A stretch of DNA of 64,000 nt from Candidatus Latescibacterota bacterium (GCA_022822725.1 JAJEAN010000007.1:9435-73434), one strand, 5' to 3'. Counted from the first letter of the stretch, positions 1 to 10,146 are shown. Numbers and translations are program-made. The notes: generated by a model from the letters alone, not told the origin.

Positions 1-1107
1 AGCGGGATTGATCCGAAACGAGGTGGAGGGTCACGCCTTCGGGCAGCGTCGAAACAATGGTGGCTGTCTCCACCCCCATTACGACCCCGCCGGGCCCGGC
101 GCCCGCCTCCTCCGGCCCTGCACCGGCGGCCGTTTCTTCCGGTGTCCCGTCTGCTTCTTTCTGTCCTTCGGGAACATCCGCTACCTCGTCCCCCGTATCG
201 ACGTCGCCGAGACGTTCCCGGATCGCCCGGGCGACGGTCACCGTGTTCGCGTCGGCTTCCTTGAACAGCGCGATTTCCACGCTCTCGCGGCCGTTGATCC
301 TCGTGAGGGTCTTCCGTTCCTTGAAGTGTCTCCGCACCGTTGCCACGTCGTGCAGCCGTACCGGCGCCTCCCCCCGGCTCGAAATGATGATTTCGCCGAT
401 TTCCTCGACGGACCGGAATTCGTTGACCGCCCGGACGATCAGTTCTTCGTCGCCATCCTGGAGCTGGCCGCCGGCCTGGTTGATGTTCTCCGCGGCGAGG
501 CGCTGGTTGATCTGACCGAAGGTGAGACCCAGCCTGGTCAGCTGGGCTTCGTTGATTTCCACCTGGATCTCTTCGACCAGTCCGCCCTTGATGCGTACCG
601 AAGCGACGCCCGGAACCGTTTCCAGCTGCCGCCTGATTTCCCAGTCCGCCAGGTTGCGCAGCATGATCAGGTCGTCACCGGACAGCCCCAGGCGCATGAT
701 GGGATCGAGTTCCGGGTTGTACCGCAGGAGAATCGGACGCTCGGCGTGCTCGGGCAGGAAGACGCGGTCCACCCGTTCCCGCACGTCCATGATGGCCAGG
801 TTCATATCGGTGTCCCAGTCGAACTCGAGTACCACGTCGGAGACGCCCGCCCGGGAAATGGAACTGACTTCCACCAGGCCGGTAATGACCCCCACGTCCT
901 CTTCGATCCGGCGGGATATGAGGTTCTCGACCTCCTGGGGTGCGGCGCCTTCGTACTCCGTGCGGACCGTGAGCGACGGGTAGGAGATGTCAGGCAGGAG
1001 ATTGACCGCCAGTCGCTCAAAGGACACGTATCCGAAGATCAACGCGGCCAGCACCAGCATCGTGATGGTGACGGGCTTGCGAATGGCGAAGTCAACGATG
1101 TTCATGG
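1..1107 (-). CDS. RND (AcrB/CzcA-type) efflux permease, N-terminal part; gene continues past the window start
   Basis: Manual minus-strand translation from ATG at 1105-1107 gives MNIVDFAIRKPVTITMLVLAALIFGYVSFERLAVNLLPDISYPSLTVRTEYEGAAPQEVENLISRRIEE..., a canonical RND N-terminus (TM1 then the first periplasmic loop). It is absent from the ORF track because its stop lies outside the window. The plus-strand ORF 8..1171 is its antisense shadow. Confidence 0.8.
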
Positions 1108-1110
1108 AGG

Positions 1111-2238
1111 TTATTCCGGTGCGTCAGGCGCGACGATCTTTACCCGGGTACTGTCTTTCATGCTGCGATGACCGGCAATCACGACCAGATCCCCGGGCGT
1201 GAGCCCGTCCCGGATCTCGGTGAAATCGGCATCCTGAAGGCCCGTGGTGAGGGCGACGCGGGTCGCGACGCTGTCCTGCACGGTAAAGACTTCGTCGTCT
1301 TCCAGCAGGGCGATCTTGGGGATCAACAGTACGTCTTCGTGCTGGTCGGCGAGGACTTTGACGCGGACGAACATGCCGGGCTTGAGACGCCGGCCGGGGT
1401 CGCCGATCTTTATCGTGACCTTGAAAGTGCCGTTCTGCGGGTTTATGATGGAACTCACGCGGTGTACCGTGCCATTGAACAGGCCGTCCGGCAGGGTCTC
1501 CGTTTCCAGGATGACCTGCTGGCCCACGGCCACGCGCGACCACTCCAGTTCGGGGAGATGGGTGTAGATCAGCAGCGTGTTCAGGTCGACCAGCGTGAAA
1601 AGCGCGTCCCCGGGCCGGGCCATGTTTCCGACATTCTGATGACGTTCCGTGATGGTTCCGCTGAAAGGCGCGCGGATGGTGGTCTTGTCGAAGGCAACCC
1701 TGGCCGATTCCCAGTCCGCCCTGGCCATGATATACTCCCGCTCCTTGACCTCGTGGTCCACTTCGCTGATGAGCTGACCCTGCAGCATGGCCTCGGAACG
1801 CTCGAATTCCTGCTTCCGGGCTTCCCGTATGGCTTCCGCGCGGCCCAGGGCGACTTCTTCCTCGTCGTTTTCCAGCATGGCAAGGACATCGCCCCGATTC
1901 ACGTAAGCGCCTTCCTCAACCCGCATCTCTTCGATCATGGCGGTCGTCCGCGGGAAGATCTGGGCATCGCGGTCCGCCTCGATCGTTGCCGTCGTCAGGA
2001 TTACATCGGAAATGGTGCCAAGGGAAGCCTCGATCACGTTTACCGGGACCGGCGGCACCTCCGTGGTGTCGACTTCGGCCTCGCCGACCTTGCCGACGAC
2101 CTTCTTGTCGTCGGTTTCACCATCGGCGGTATCTGAACTGGCGTCTCCGCAACCGGCCGCGATGAGCGCCGCGAAAGCCACGGTGACGAGTGACCAGGAA
2201 AGTAGTTTCACGAGGTGTGGAACGCGGTCGCGGCTCAT
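1111..2238 (-). CDS. RND efflux periplasmic adaptor (membrane fusion protein, HlyD family) lipoprotein
   Basis: ORF 1111..2274 has a lipobox LIAAGCGD and the typical adaptor biotin-lipoyl/beta-barrel region (TTIRAPFSGTITER..., LIPKIALLEDDEVFTV). It lies immediately upstream of the RND permease, co-oriented with a 3-nt spacer. Start is probably ATG 2238 (MSRDRV) or GTG 2211 (VKLLSWSL... signal peptide). Confidence 0.85.
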   Translation of the reverse strand: MSRDRVPHLVKLLSWSLVTVAFAALIAAGCGDASSDTADGETDDKKVVGKVGEAEVDTTEVPPVPVNVIEASLGTISDVILTTATIEADRDAQIFPRTTAMIEEMRVEEGAYVNRGDVLAMLENDEEEVALGRAEAIREARKQEFERSEAMLQGQLISEVDHEVKEREYIMARADWESARVAFDKTTIRAPFSGTITERHQNVGNMARPGDALFTLVDLNTLLIYTHLPELEWSRVAVGQQVILETETLPDGLFNGTVHRVSSIINPQNGTFKVTIKIGDPGRRLKPGMFVRVKVLADQHEDVLLIPKIALLEDDEVFTVQDSVATRVALTTGLQDADFTEIRDGLTPGDLVVIAGHRSMKDSTRVKIVAPDAPE

Positions 2239-2503
2239 GCCTGTTCCCTTGATCCTGCCTGTTGGACGTCTCATGCCGGCTTTGCCTTGCGAACGACACT
2301 AACTATCAATATACACTAATTACCTTCTCTTATTCACGAGAAGTGTCGGCCCGTCTGCCCAATTAGACGGCGGGAATGGGATTAAGGTTTCTTCGAAATC
2401 GAATCGGGATGGTGGCATGCCCGGATCCGGCGTACATCCGCGCGAGGCGGGAACCATGCGGTCTAAGCTCATCCGTCAGGCAGGGGCGAAACACCAGCCG
2501 TTC

Positions 2504-3343
2504 TCATCCCGCCGCCGCCAGCAGACGCGCCATGTTCCCGCCCAGGACGAGGTCCATATCCGCATCCGCGATGAAGGAACAGTGGGTCCGCACGGCTTCG
2601 AGCGAATGCCGGTACGTGCTCGCCCGCGCGACGGGCGGATAGTTGGACGCCCAGCAGAGGCGGTCGGCCCCGTAGTATTCGTAGAGCTTGCGGACGATCC
2701 ACATGCAGTCCGAATAGGGATATTCCCAGGCGGTCTCCGAGACGTATTGGAAACCGGAAAGCTTGATGTGGATGTTGGGCACGTCTGCCGACGCCAGGAC
2801 CTCACGGAGCATGGGCCGGGGCGGCGGCTCGCCCACCTTGACGCCGGCCATGTGATGGCAGAGGAAGGGCGTGTCCGGAAACCGTCGTGCGAGCTTGCGC
2901 AGCGCGGGCATCCAGGCCGGACCCAGGGCCAGGGAAGCGATCTGGTTGAGTTCCGCCCCTTTCTCGAAGAACGCGAGGCCCTCTCTCGATTCGAACCAGT
3001 CGGTATCGCCCTTGAGATAGTGGGTGAACCCCTTCAGCCGGTACTTTTCCACGGCCTCGGCCAGCCTGTCGGCACCGCCAGGTACGTGATAGGTGTCGGA
3101 CCACGAGCAGTCCACGTCGGCAAACTGGATGAACCGGTCCGGGTATCGGCGGACGCACTCGGCCCCGTAGTCGTTGTTATTGGGATTGTGAGTAATCCGG
3201 GCACAGACCAGCACCGCCTGGTCCACCCCTGTAACGTCCATCTCGTGCAGCAGCATCTCCGCCCGGCCCCAGTTCTCCGGATCCGGAACTTCCGGTTCGT
3301 AGGGCCAGTAATCCCACGCGTGGGCATGGCAGTCGATGATCAT
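2504..3343 (-). CDS. amidohydrolase-2 family metal-dependent hydrolase (TIM barrel)
   Basis: Starts MIIDCHAHAW (HxH metal-binding start typical of PF04909). The 279-aa length and conserved Asp/His positions fit the family. Confidence 0.7.
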   Translation of the reverse strand: MIIDCHAHAWDYWPYEPEVPDPENWGRAEMLLHEMDVTGVDQAVLVCARITHNPNNNDYGAECVRRYPDRFIQFADVDCSWSDTYHVPGGADRLAEAVEKYRLKGFTHYLKGDTDWFESREGLAFFEKGAELNQIASLALGPAWMPALRKLARRFPDTPFLCHHMAGVKVGEPPPRPMLREVLASADVPNIHIKLSGFQYVSETAWEYPYSDCMWIVRKLYEYYGADRLCWASNYPPVARASTYRHSLEAVRTHCSFIADADMDLVLGGNMARLLAAAG

Positions 3344-3411
3344 CGTCTAATCTCCTTTTCTCGGTTGCGGGGTTTATTCGCATGCGTTCGATTACGCGGC
3401 GCTTGCCCTTT

Positions 3412-4245
3412 CTAATACCGGTTGACCACCCAGAGTCCGGCCGCCAGCAGCACCAGGCCGCCCGTGAGGTAGGTGGTCACCTGGTCGCCCAGGATCAGCC
3501 AGCTAAGCAGGACGCCGAAAAGCGGCGTCGTGAAGAAGAAGGCGCTGATCTGGGTGGCGCTGTGCCGCTGCAGCAGCCGGATCCATACGAGAAAGCAGAA
3601 TCCGGCGACGATGGCGCCCTGGTACAGGACCGCGGCGATGATGGCCGGGTTGATCGTTACCGGAAGGTCCCATTCGGTCAGTGCCCAGAGCAGGGTGAAA
3701 ACCGGAAATACGACCACCTGCTGCCAGAAGATCACCGCCACGGGGGAAATGCGCCGGACCAGGATCTTGTTGAACATGATCTGAATGGCCAGGGAGATGG
3801 AGCTGAACAGGACCAGCACGTCGCCCAGGGGTGTCGACGGCCCGCCTGCCTCGTCGTAGATGGTCAGCGCCATGCCGGCGCCGGCCAGGACCAGGCCGAC
3901 GTTTTTCATCAGCGTGAGGCGGTCGCCCGGGAAGATATAGTGAGAGATGGCGGCAACGACGAAGGGGTAGGTCTGCATGAAGAGCACGGCGTGGCTGCCC
4001 GAGGTTCGCTCCGCACCGATGTTAAGGAAGAGGATCTGTGCGGCCATGACGAGGGCGGGCACCGCGATGATCAGGCGGTCGCCCCGCGCCACGTGGAGCG
4101 AGACGCCGGCCAGGCGCGTCCAGGCATAGACGCACACCAGGGCTACCCCGAACCGCAGGACCGCCAGGAGGATCGGCGGTATGCCCTGCAACCCCACTTT
4201 GACCGATACGACCAGGCCGCCCCAGAGCGTGCAGAGCATCAGCAC
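3412..4245 (-). CDS. DMT-superfamily (EamA-like) transporter
   Basis: About 10 TM helices with a duplicated EamA-like pattern. The listed start at 4377 is a TTG followed by a 46-aa non-hydrophobic leader. A GTG at 4245 or ATG at 4239 just before TM1 (MLCTLWGGLVV) is more plausible. Confidence 0.6.
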   Translation of the reverse strand: MLMLCTLWGGLVVSVKVGLQGIPPILLAVLRFGVALVCVYAWTRLAGVSLHVARGDRLIIAVPALVMAAQILFLNIGAERTSGSHAVLFMQTYPFVVAAISHYIFPGDRLTLMKNVGLVLAGAGMALTIYDEAGGPSTPLGDVLVLFSSISLAIQIMFNKILVRRISPVAVIFWQQVVVFPVFTLLWALTEWDLPVTINPAIIAAVLYQGAIVAGFCFLVWIRLLQRHSATQISAFFFTTPLFGVLLSWLILGDQVTTYLTGGLVLLAAGLWVVNRY

Positions 4246-4398
4246 GAGGAGGACGGACCTCGTCGTCAATGGCTGGTTTTCATCGATGTGGGTCACCCTG
4301 GCCGGCCTTTGTGGGACGTGGTGGGCAAGAGAAAACGGCAGGGCGAGATTATACGATCCGGAAAGGCCCGGTGGCAATGTTAAAGTTCAAGGCACGGC

Positions 4399-4498
4399 GC
4401 GGGACGACGTGCCGGTTTCGCGGGACGCCGTGTCGGTTTTGCGGGACGCCGTGCCGGTATCGCGGGACGCCGTGTCGGTTTCGCGGAACCCGTGTCAG
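4399..4498. repeat. tandem direct repeat, 21-bp unit x about 4.7 (GCGGGACGCCGTGYCGGTWTC)
   Basis: The motif GCGGGAC recurs at 4399, 4420, 4441, 4462 and 4483 with an exact 21-bp period. The array ends 1 nt from the acr3 stop codon (4500-4502). Confidence 0.9.
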
Positions 4499-4499
4499 C

Positions 4500-5540
4500 T
4501 TATTTGTAATACATGGCCTGGAAACGCAGGGCCACGTTGACCAGCGCGATCATGACCGGCACTTCGACGAGGGGTCCGATGACCGCCGCGAAGGCCACGC
4601 CGGATTCAATGCCGAAGACCGCCACGGCCACGGCGATGGCCAGTTCGAAATTGTTGCTCGCGGCGGTAAAGGAAAGCGTGGCGTTCTTCGAGTAGTCCGC
4701 GCCGATCTTCCTTCCCATCCAGAAGGTAATCAGGAACATGAGCACGAAGTAGACCAGGAGGGGCAGGGCGATGCGGACCACGTCCAGGGGGATGGCCACG
4801 ATCGTATCGGCTTTGAGGCTGAACATGACCACGATGGTGAACAGCAATGCCGCCAGCGTAATGGGGCTGATGCGGGGAATGAAGGTCGATTCGTACCAGT
4901 GCCGCCCCTTGATCCGCAACAGGACCAGGCGGGTCGCCATGCCGCCGAAGAAGGGGATGCCCAGGTAGATAAGCACGCTCTCCGCGATCTGCGCGATCGT
5001 AACCGGCACGACGCTGCCTTCCAGTCCGAAATAAGGCGGAAGCACCGTGATGAAGACGTAGGCGTACACGCTGTAGAAGAACACCTGGAACAGGCTGTTG
5101 AAGGCCACGAGGCCGGCGGCGTACTCCGTGTTCCCTTTCGCCAGTTCGTTCCACACGATGACCATGGCGATGCACCGGGCCAGGCCGATGAGGATGAGGC
5201 CCGTCATGTACTCGGGATGCCCGGAAAGGAAGAGCGCGGCGAGTCCGAACATCAGGATGGGGCCGACGACCCAGTTCAGGAAAAGGGACGCGCCGAGTAT
5301 GCGCACGTTGCGGAACACGTCCCACAGTTCCTCGTACTTCACCTTAGCGAGCGGGGGATACATCATCAGAATGAGCCCGATGGCGATGGGCAGATTGGTC
5401 GTGCCCACCTGTCCCATCTGGATCAGGGCGGGAACGGCCGGCGCCCAGACGCCGAGTGCGACGCCTACGCCCATGGCCAGGAAAATCCACAGGGTCAGGT
5501 ACCGGTCTCGTGCCGACAGCCGTTTCGTCGTTGTATCCAT
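4500..5540 (-). CDS. acr3: arsenite efflux transporter, ACR3 family
   Basis: The 346-aa polytopic protein has the ACR3 signature region ([53 protein letters not shown]). ATG start with a GAGAGGA Shine-Dalgarno (SD) sequence. It follows arsR-arsC. Confidence 0.9.
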   Translation of the reverse strand: MDTTTKRLSARDRYLTLWIFLAMGVGVALGVWAPAVPALIQMGQVGTTNLPIAIGLILMMYPPLAKVKYEELWDVFRNVRILGASLFLNWVVGPILMFGLAALFLSGHPEYMTGLILIGLARCIAMVIVWNELAKGNTEYAAGLVAFNSLFQVFFYSVYAYVFITVLPPYFGLEGSVVPVTIAQIAESVLIYLGIPFFGGMATRLVLLRIKGRHWYESTFIPRISPITLAALLFTIVVMFSLKADTIVAIPLDVVRIALPLLVYFVLMFLITFWMGRKIGADYSKNATLSFTAASNNFELAIAVAVAVFGIESGVAFAAVIGPLVEVPVMIALVNVALRFQAMYYK

Positions 5541-5605
5541 TGTATCCTCTCAGGCGGTGTTCATCGTGACTGATCAATGGTTTTGTGCGGTGAACCGCAA
5601 AGGAG

Positions 5606-6253
5606 TCACTCGGCGCCGATCCGGGCGAACAGCCAGATCATCTCCCGGCATATCTCCCGGCATCTGTCGTCGTAGACATCTGTTTCCAGGCCCGTTCCAT
5701 CGGAGGATCCCGGATCCTCGTAGGGCAGGAGCACACGCTTGTCGGCGCCGGTAATCACCGGACAGTCGCGGTCCGCGCTCGAACAGGTCATGACCGCGCA
5801 GAATCCGTCTCCCGGGTTCGCAGGGTCCTGGAAAGTCTTGGAGTACGCGCGTATCGGCGGCAGTCCGTTCCCTGCATGAACGACGTAGACCAGGTTGTCC
5901 GCCTGGGCGTGCCTGTCGATCCGGAAACCCGCCCGTTCGATTGCCGATACGGCCGGCGGAGCGAAAGCGCTGGCTTCCGTGCCTCCGGAGAAGGCGCATA
6001 CCCGCGGGACACCGAAAAAACGCGCCGCGGTCTGTGCCAAGACCTGGGCCATCTGGCTTCTGCGGGCGTTGTGCGTGCAGATAAAGGTGAGGTGGGCCGA
6101 TTCGCCGCTTCCGACCCGCTCCGCGATGTAGGCCGAGATGGACGCCAGGGTCTCTCTGCGGTCCGGTGGAATCAGGCTGGATTCGGCCACGCGCGCCTTA
6201 AAATAGCGATCGAGTACCGGGTAGAATGCGGTATCGTGGCTGGCCTGTATCAC
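5606..6253 (-). CDS. arsC: arsenate reductase, LMW-PTP-fold ArsC with about 55-aa N-terminal extension
   Basis: CX5R P-loop CTHNARRS and downstream Cys residues typical of thioredoxin-coupled ArsC. GTG at 6251-6253 forms a GTGA overlap with the arsR stop. The longer listed ORF (to 6487) overlaps arsR and is rejected. Confidence 0.75.
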   Translation of the reverse strand: MIQASHDTAFYPVLDRYFKARVAESSLIPPDRRETLASISAYIAERVGSGESAHLTFICTHNARRSQMAQVLAQTAARFFGVPRVCAFSGGTEASAFAPPAVSAIERAGFRIDRHAQADNLVYVVHAGNGLPPIRAYSKTFQDPANPGDGFCAVMTCSSADRDCPVITGADKRVLLPYEDPGSSDGTGLETDVYDDRCREICREMIWLFARIGAE

Positions 6254-6678
6254 CGCACGTCCCCCGGCAGCAAGACCTGGCCATGCAGGACCGTATCGTC
6301 GCGATCGTCGGCCTGGAGCGCGGCAATGGAGGGCTGAGGCACACAGATCTTGCCCTGGCCGGCCAGTCCGCGCAATCGGTCGAGGTCGGCCAGGACCCGC
6401 TCGTGAACCTGGCGGGCCGAGACCAGGTAGACTGTCACGTATTTCAGGGCGATCGAGGAGTCTGTGGCCAATGCATAGTAGATCCATACCCCGTCACGGC
6501 GGGTTGTGAGCAAACCGCCCTGTTTCATCACCGCCAGGTGCCGGGAGATTTTGCCCTGGGGCATGTCCAAAACCGCCATGATCTCGCACACGCACAGTTC
6601 CCGCTCGGTCAGCAGGAACAGGATGCGGAGGCGCGTGGCGTCCGAACAGGCCTTGAATACGGCAAGATCCTTGTCCAA
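6250..6678 (-). CDS. arsR: ArsR/SmtB-family metalloregulator
   Basis: HTH with metal-site motif ELCVCEI, and DATRLRILFLL. TTG start preceded by AGGAGA SD with a 7-nt spacer. Confidence 0.85.
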   Translation of the reverse strand: MDKDLAVFKACSDATRLRILFLLTERELCVCEIMAVLDMPQGKISRHLAVMKQGGLLTTRRDGVWIYYALATDSSIALKYVTVYLVSARQVHERVLADLDRLRGLAGQGKICVPQPSIAALQADDRDDTVLHGQVLLPGDVR

Positions 6679-6708
6679 ACCGGTTTCTCCTGTGCTGAAC
6701 GATGGAAT

Positions 6709-6738
6709 TATATCCTAATATTCGAATATAAGGATATA
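6709..6738. promoter_or_regulatory. 30-bp near-perfect palindrome, candidate ArsR operator
   Basis: TATATCCTAATATTC|GAATATAAGGATATA has one mismatch between the 15-bp arms. It sits 31-60 bp upstream of the arsR start in an AT-rich divergent promoter region shared with the sulfatase gene. Confidence 0.55.
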
Positions 6739-6868
6739 GATCGATTTGTCAAGAGAAACGATGTCATCGGCATCCGTCTGTATGGGTGGACATCGGGCGA
6801 CAAGTGTTGTATATTGAACATGTCATTCCGCAACTTGTTTAATGCAGAGCCCGCCATCCGGGAGAAAC

Positions 6869-8356
6869 ATGCCGACCGGACCGCCACCGCCCCGTCCCCA
6901 CGTACTGCTCGTCTGTACCGATCACTGGCCGGGACGGTTGTTCGGCCACGCGGGACATCCGGTGATTCAGACGCCCACCCTTGACACCCTGGCACGGAGC
7001 GGCGTGCGTTTTCCCCGGGCCTACAGCGAGTGTCCGGTGTGCATCCCCGCCCGCAGGACGCTCATGACCGGCACGACCACGGCCACCCACGGCGACCGGG
7101 TGTTCAAGGTCGACAACCCCATGCCGCCGGTCCCCACCGTGGCCCAGACCTTCCGAGACAACGGATACCAGGCATACGCCGTGGGCAAGCTGCACGTTTA
7201 CCCGCAGCGGGACCGGATCGGGTTCGACGATGTGATTCTGGCCGAAGAGGGCCGTCCGCATCTCGGCGCCGTGGACGATTACGAGGTGTTTCTGGGCGAG
7301 AACGGCCACGCCGGGGAGGGATTCACCCACGGCATGAGCAACAACGAATACGGTCAGCGTCCCTGGCACCTGTCCGAGGCCATGCACGTGACCAACTGGA
7401 CCACGCGCCAGATGGCCCGGATGATCCGCCGCCGCGATCCTGCACGGCCGGGATTCTGGTACCTGTCCTACTGCCATCCCCATCCCCCGCTGACCCCGCT
7501 GCAGTGCTACCTGGACCTGTATCGCGACGAGGATCCGGGCGAGCCGTACCACGGCGACTGGGCAGAGAACCCCGACGGCCTGCCCTATGCGCTGAAGGCG
7601 GTCCGGGGCAATACCTGCGGGATGAACGACGCCCAGATCGCATGGGCGAGAAGGGCGTTCTACGCGTTATGCACCCACATCGACCACCAGCTGCGCGTGG
7701 TGATCGGCACGTTGCGGGAGGAAGGCCTGATCGACGATACCATCGTGCTCTTCACGGCCGACCACGGGGACATGCTGGGCGATCACGGTCTCTGGGCGAA
7801 ACGCCTGTATTACGAGCAGTCGGCCAACGTGCCCATGATCCTCGTGGGCCGGGCCGGCGACGACCGGGTCGGGCACAACCGCACCGACGACCGGCTCGTG
7901 GGCTGGCAGGACGTGATGCCCACGCTCCTCGATCTCGCGGGGATCGACGTGCCGGATACGGTGGATGGAATCTCCATGACGGGTGACGAGAAACGGGAAT
8001 ACCTTTACGGCGAGTGCGGCGAAAACCATCAGGCCACGCGCATGATGCACGACGGGCGGTACAAGCTGATCTACTACCCCGTGGGCAACCGGACGCAGTT
8101 ATTCGACCTCGAGCTTGACCCCGAAGAACGCCGCGATCTTTCCGGATCGTCGGAACACGCAGGGACCATGGACCGGCTGAAGGCACGGCTGGTGGACCGG
8201 ATGGCCAGCCTGGACCCGGCGTGGATTCATAACGGCGAACTGACCGGTCTGCCCGACCGGGACTACACGTTGCCGCCCAACCGGGGCCTTTCCGGCCAGC
8301 GGGGATTGCACTGGCCGCCACCGCCCACGGATCCCGGCACGTCCTATGTGCCCTGA
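6869..8356 (+). CDS. sulfatase (arylsulfatase family, Cys-type formylglycine motif)
   Basis: CIPAR (C-x-P-x-R) formylglycine motif within SECPVCIPARRTLMTG, and GKLH, ADHGDMLGDHG. ATG 6869 is preceded by GGGAG SD. No signal peptide is detected. Confidence 0.85.
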   Translation: MPTGPPPPRPHVLLVCTDHWPGRLFGHAGHPVIQTPTLDTLARSGVRFPRAYSECPVCIPARRTLMTGTTTATHGDRVFKVDNPMPPVPTVAQTFRDNGYQAYAVGKLHVYPQRDRIGFDDVILAEEGRPHLGAVDDYEVFLGENGHAGEGFTHGMSNNEYGQRPWHLSEAMHVTNWTTRQMARMIRRRDPARPGFWYLSYCHPHPPLTPLQCYLDLYRDEDPGEPYHGDWAENPDGLPYALKAVRGNTCGMNDAQIAWARRAFYALCTHIDHQLRVVIGTLREEGLIDDTIVLFTADHGDMLGDHGLWAKRLYYEQSANVPMILVGRAGDDRVGHNRTDDRLVGWQDVMPTLLDLAGIDVPDTVDGISMTGDEKREYLYGECGENHQATRMMHDGRYKLIYYPVGNRTQLFDLELDPEERRDLSGSSEHAGTMDRLKARLVDRMASLDPAWIHNGELTGLPDRDYTLPPNRGLSGQRGLHWPPPPTDPGTSYVP

Positions 8357-8377
8357 AAAAACGCGGGAGAGCTACCT

Positions 8378-9172
8378 ATGCACGCTACACGTATCCTGAT
8401 TGCGTCGGTCTTCATGTTGTGCTGGTCTCCGGCCGTTGCGGCATGGGGGCCGAACGGCCACCGCATCATAGGCCAGATCGCCGAAAACAATCTGACGGAC
8501 GCGGCCCACAAGGGCATCGCGGAACTGGTGGGACGCGCTTCGCTGGCCCAGATCGGCACCTGGGCCGACGAGATCAAGTCCGATCCTGCCTGGCGCCACG
8601 CCTCGCCCTGGCACTACGTCAACGCGCCGCCGGGTCAGGACATTGAAACGGCGAGCAAAAGTCCGCGAGGCGACGTGATCGAGGCCATTCTGCGTTTCGA
8701 GCGGGTCTTGAGGGACCCGGAGGCGGACCGGAAGGAACGGGCGGAGGCGCTTAAATTCCTGGTGCACTTCGTGGCCGACGTACATCAACCGCTTCACGTG
8801 GGTTACGCCAGCGACCGGGGCGGCAACGATATCCGGGTCCGCTGGTTCGGCGAGAGCACGAACCTTCACGCCGTATGGGACGAGCACCTCATCGAGCACC
8901 AGCGGCTGAGCTTCACGGAGTGGGTGCGTTTCTTCGGCCACGCGGAACCCGGCGAGATCGAAGCATGGCGCCGCTCGACGGTGTGGGACTGGGCCAGGGA
9001 ATCGCGCAGCATGCTGCCTGCGGTGTATGATCACGGCGGATCCCGTTCCGACAGGACGCCCTACCTGGGATACGACTACATCTTCAAACACCACGACGGC
9101 GTCAAGAAGCGTCTTCTGCAGGCCGGCATCCGGCTGAGCGGAATGTTGAACGATATATTCGCCTCGCCCTGA
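8378..9172 (+). CDS. S1/P1 family nuclease, secreted
   Basis: Signal peptide followed by the mature N-terminus AWGPNGHRIIG (Trp1 zinc ligand), and HQPLHVGY, NLHAVWD zinc-ligand motifs. Confidence 0.85.
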   Translation: MHATRILIASVFMLCWSPAVAAWGPNGHRIIGQIAENNLTDAAHKGIAELVGRASLAQIGTWADEIKSDPAWRHASPWHYVNAPPGQDIETASKSPRGDVIEAILRFERVLRDPEADRKERAEALKFLVHFVADVHQPLHVGYASDRGGNDIRVRWFGESTNLHAVWDEHLIEHQRLSFTEWVRFFGHAEPGEIEAWRRSTVWDWARESRSMLPAVYDHGGSRSDRTPYLGYDYIFKHHDGVKKRLLQAGIRLSGMLNDIFASP

Positions 9173-9181
9173 TCCTCTTCG

Positions 9182-10033
9182 TCAACCTCCTGTCAGCATG
9201 ATCAATCCCGCAACCAGCACCAGCCCCGTGATGGTGATCTGAAGGTAGCGTTCCGGGAGCCTGCGGGACATCCGCACGCCCACGGGCACGCCCACCAGCG
9301 ATCCGGCGGCCATGGTCACGGCGATGGCGAGATCCAGCTGGCCGCTGCCTGCGTAGATGATCGAACTCGTGAAGGTCAGCGCCAGCGCGATGAAGATCGA
9401 GGAGCCCACCGTGTCCACCGCGGTGAGGCGGAAGATGATGATCATCAGCGGTACGATCAGGATGCCGCTCCCCACCGAGGTGGAGGCGATCAACCCCCCG
9501 ATGACGGCGCCCAGCGCCACCGCAATGCCGATCTTCGCACCCCTGACCCGGGCGGAAATCCGTTGGCCTGCCTGCCCCGCCTGGCCCGTCCGGCCCTTTA
9601 CCGCGCGGGAAACCGGCCACAGGAACATGTGCCACAGGATCAGCAGGCCCGAGAGAATGACCACCGCCGCGATGAACTGGCGAAGATTCGTCTGAAGTTC
9701 GCGCCAGGCCGGGTCGGCCGGGTCCATGTCCCCGGCGTACCCCGAGATCCAGAGGGCGACGGCCACGGAGACGGGCACCGCGCCCGCCAGGAAATACGCC
9801 GAAGTGCGGAACCGGATGGTCCCCTGCCTGAAATGGAAGAACACGGCCGGGAGCTTGCTGAGGCAGGAATAGAGATGGGCGGTGCCCACCGCCACCGTGG
9901 ACGGCAGGCCGAATCCCAGCGTCAGAACGGGCAGCAGGAGGACCCCGCCACCGATGCCGGTCATGCCGATGCAGGCGCCGATCAGCGCGCCGGACACGAG
10001 TTGTACGACGGTATTCAGGACATCCAGGTCCAT
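9182..10033 (-). CDS. TauE/SafE-family sulfite/anion exporter
   Basis: The 283-aa, about 8-TM protein has two TauE repeats (GIGGGVLLLPVLTLGF and GSGILIVPLMIIIF). Confidence 0.7.
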   Translation of the reverse strand: MDLDVLNTVVQLVSGALIGACIGMTGIGGGVLLLPVLTLGFGLPSTVAVGTAHLYSCLSKLPAVFFHFRQGTIRFRTSAYFLAGAVPVSVAVALWISGYAGDMDPADPAWRELQTNLRQFIAAVVILSGLLILWHMFLWPVSRAVKGRTGQAGQAGQRISARVRGAKIGIAVALGAVIGGLIASTSVGSGILIVPLMIIIFRLTAVDTVGSSIFIALALTFTSSIIYAGSGQLDLAIAVTMAAGSLVGVPVGVRMSRRLPERYLQITITGLVLVAGLIMLTGG

Positions 10034-10146
10034 AGAAGGCGTAACGGCTCCCTATCGCGCGGGCACTAACCGCTCCCGATTACCTTGCGCTCCCACCCAT
10101 TTTTTTCTTGCCACGCCCCTGCAAACGATGCAAACATGACCTTGCG

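Noticed and set aside
8-1171. 387-aa plus-strand ORF at the window start, and many similar long ORFs (for example 1168..2136, 2417..3415, 4269..5573, 6226..6984, 7030..7986, 11806..13635, 15206..16843, 17059..18516, 26782..28692, 36434..38626)
   Set aside because: They are Arg/Gly/Pro-rich and low-complexity, lie antisense to well-supported genes, and have no recognisable domains. They are typical shadow ORFs of high-GC DNA.
2290-2330. Inverted repeat CTTCTC-N8-GAGAAG upstream of the efflux operon, as a TetR-type operator
   Set aside because: Only a 6-bp arm, and no TetR-family gene nearby; not enough support.
5555-5585. Small hairpin TGCGGT-ga-ACCGCA between arsC and acr3, as an internal terminator
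   Set aside because: No U-tract follows it, and acr3 is clearly part of the same operon with its own SD.
5606-6487. Long form of arsC (293 aa) and long N-terminal extensions of several other ORFs (thiE 33314..34285, xylose-isomerase-like 23875..25149, HU-TPR 42555..43778, TonB receptor 44796..47159)
   Set aside because: The extensions overlap upstream genes or repeat arrays, are compositionally aberrant, and hide well-placed internal ATG/GTG starts with SDs or GTGA/ATGA coupling.
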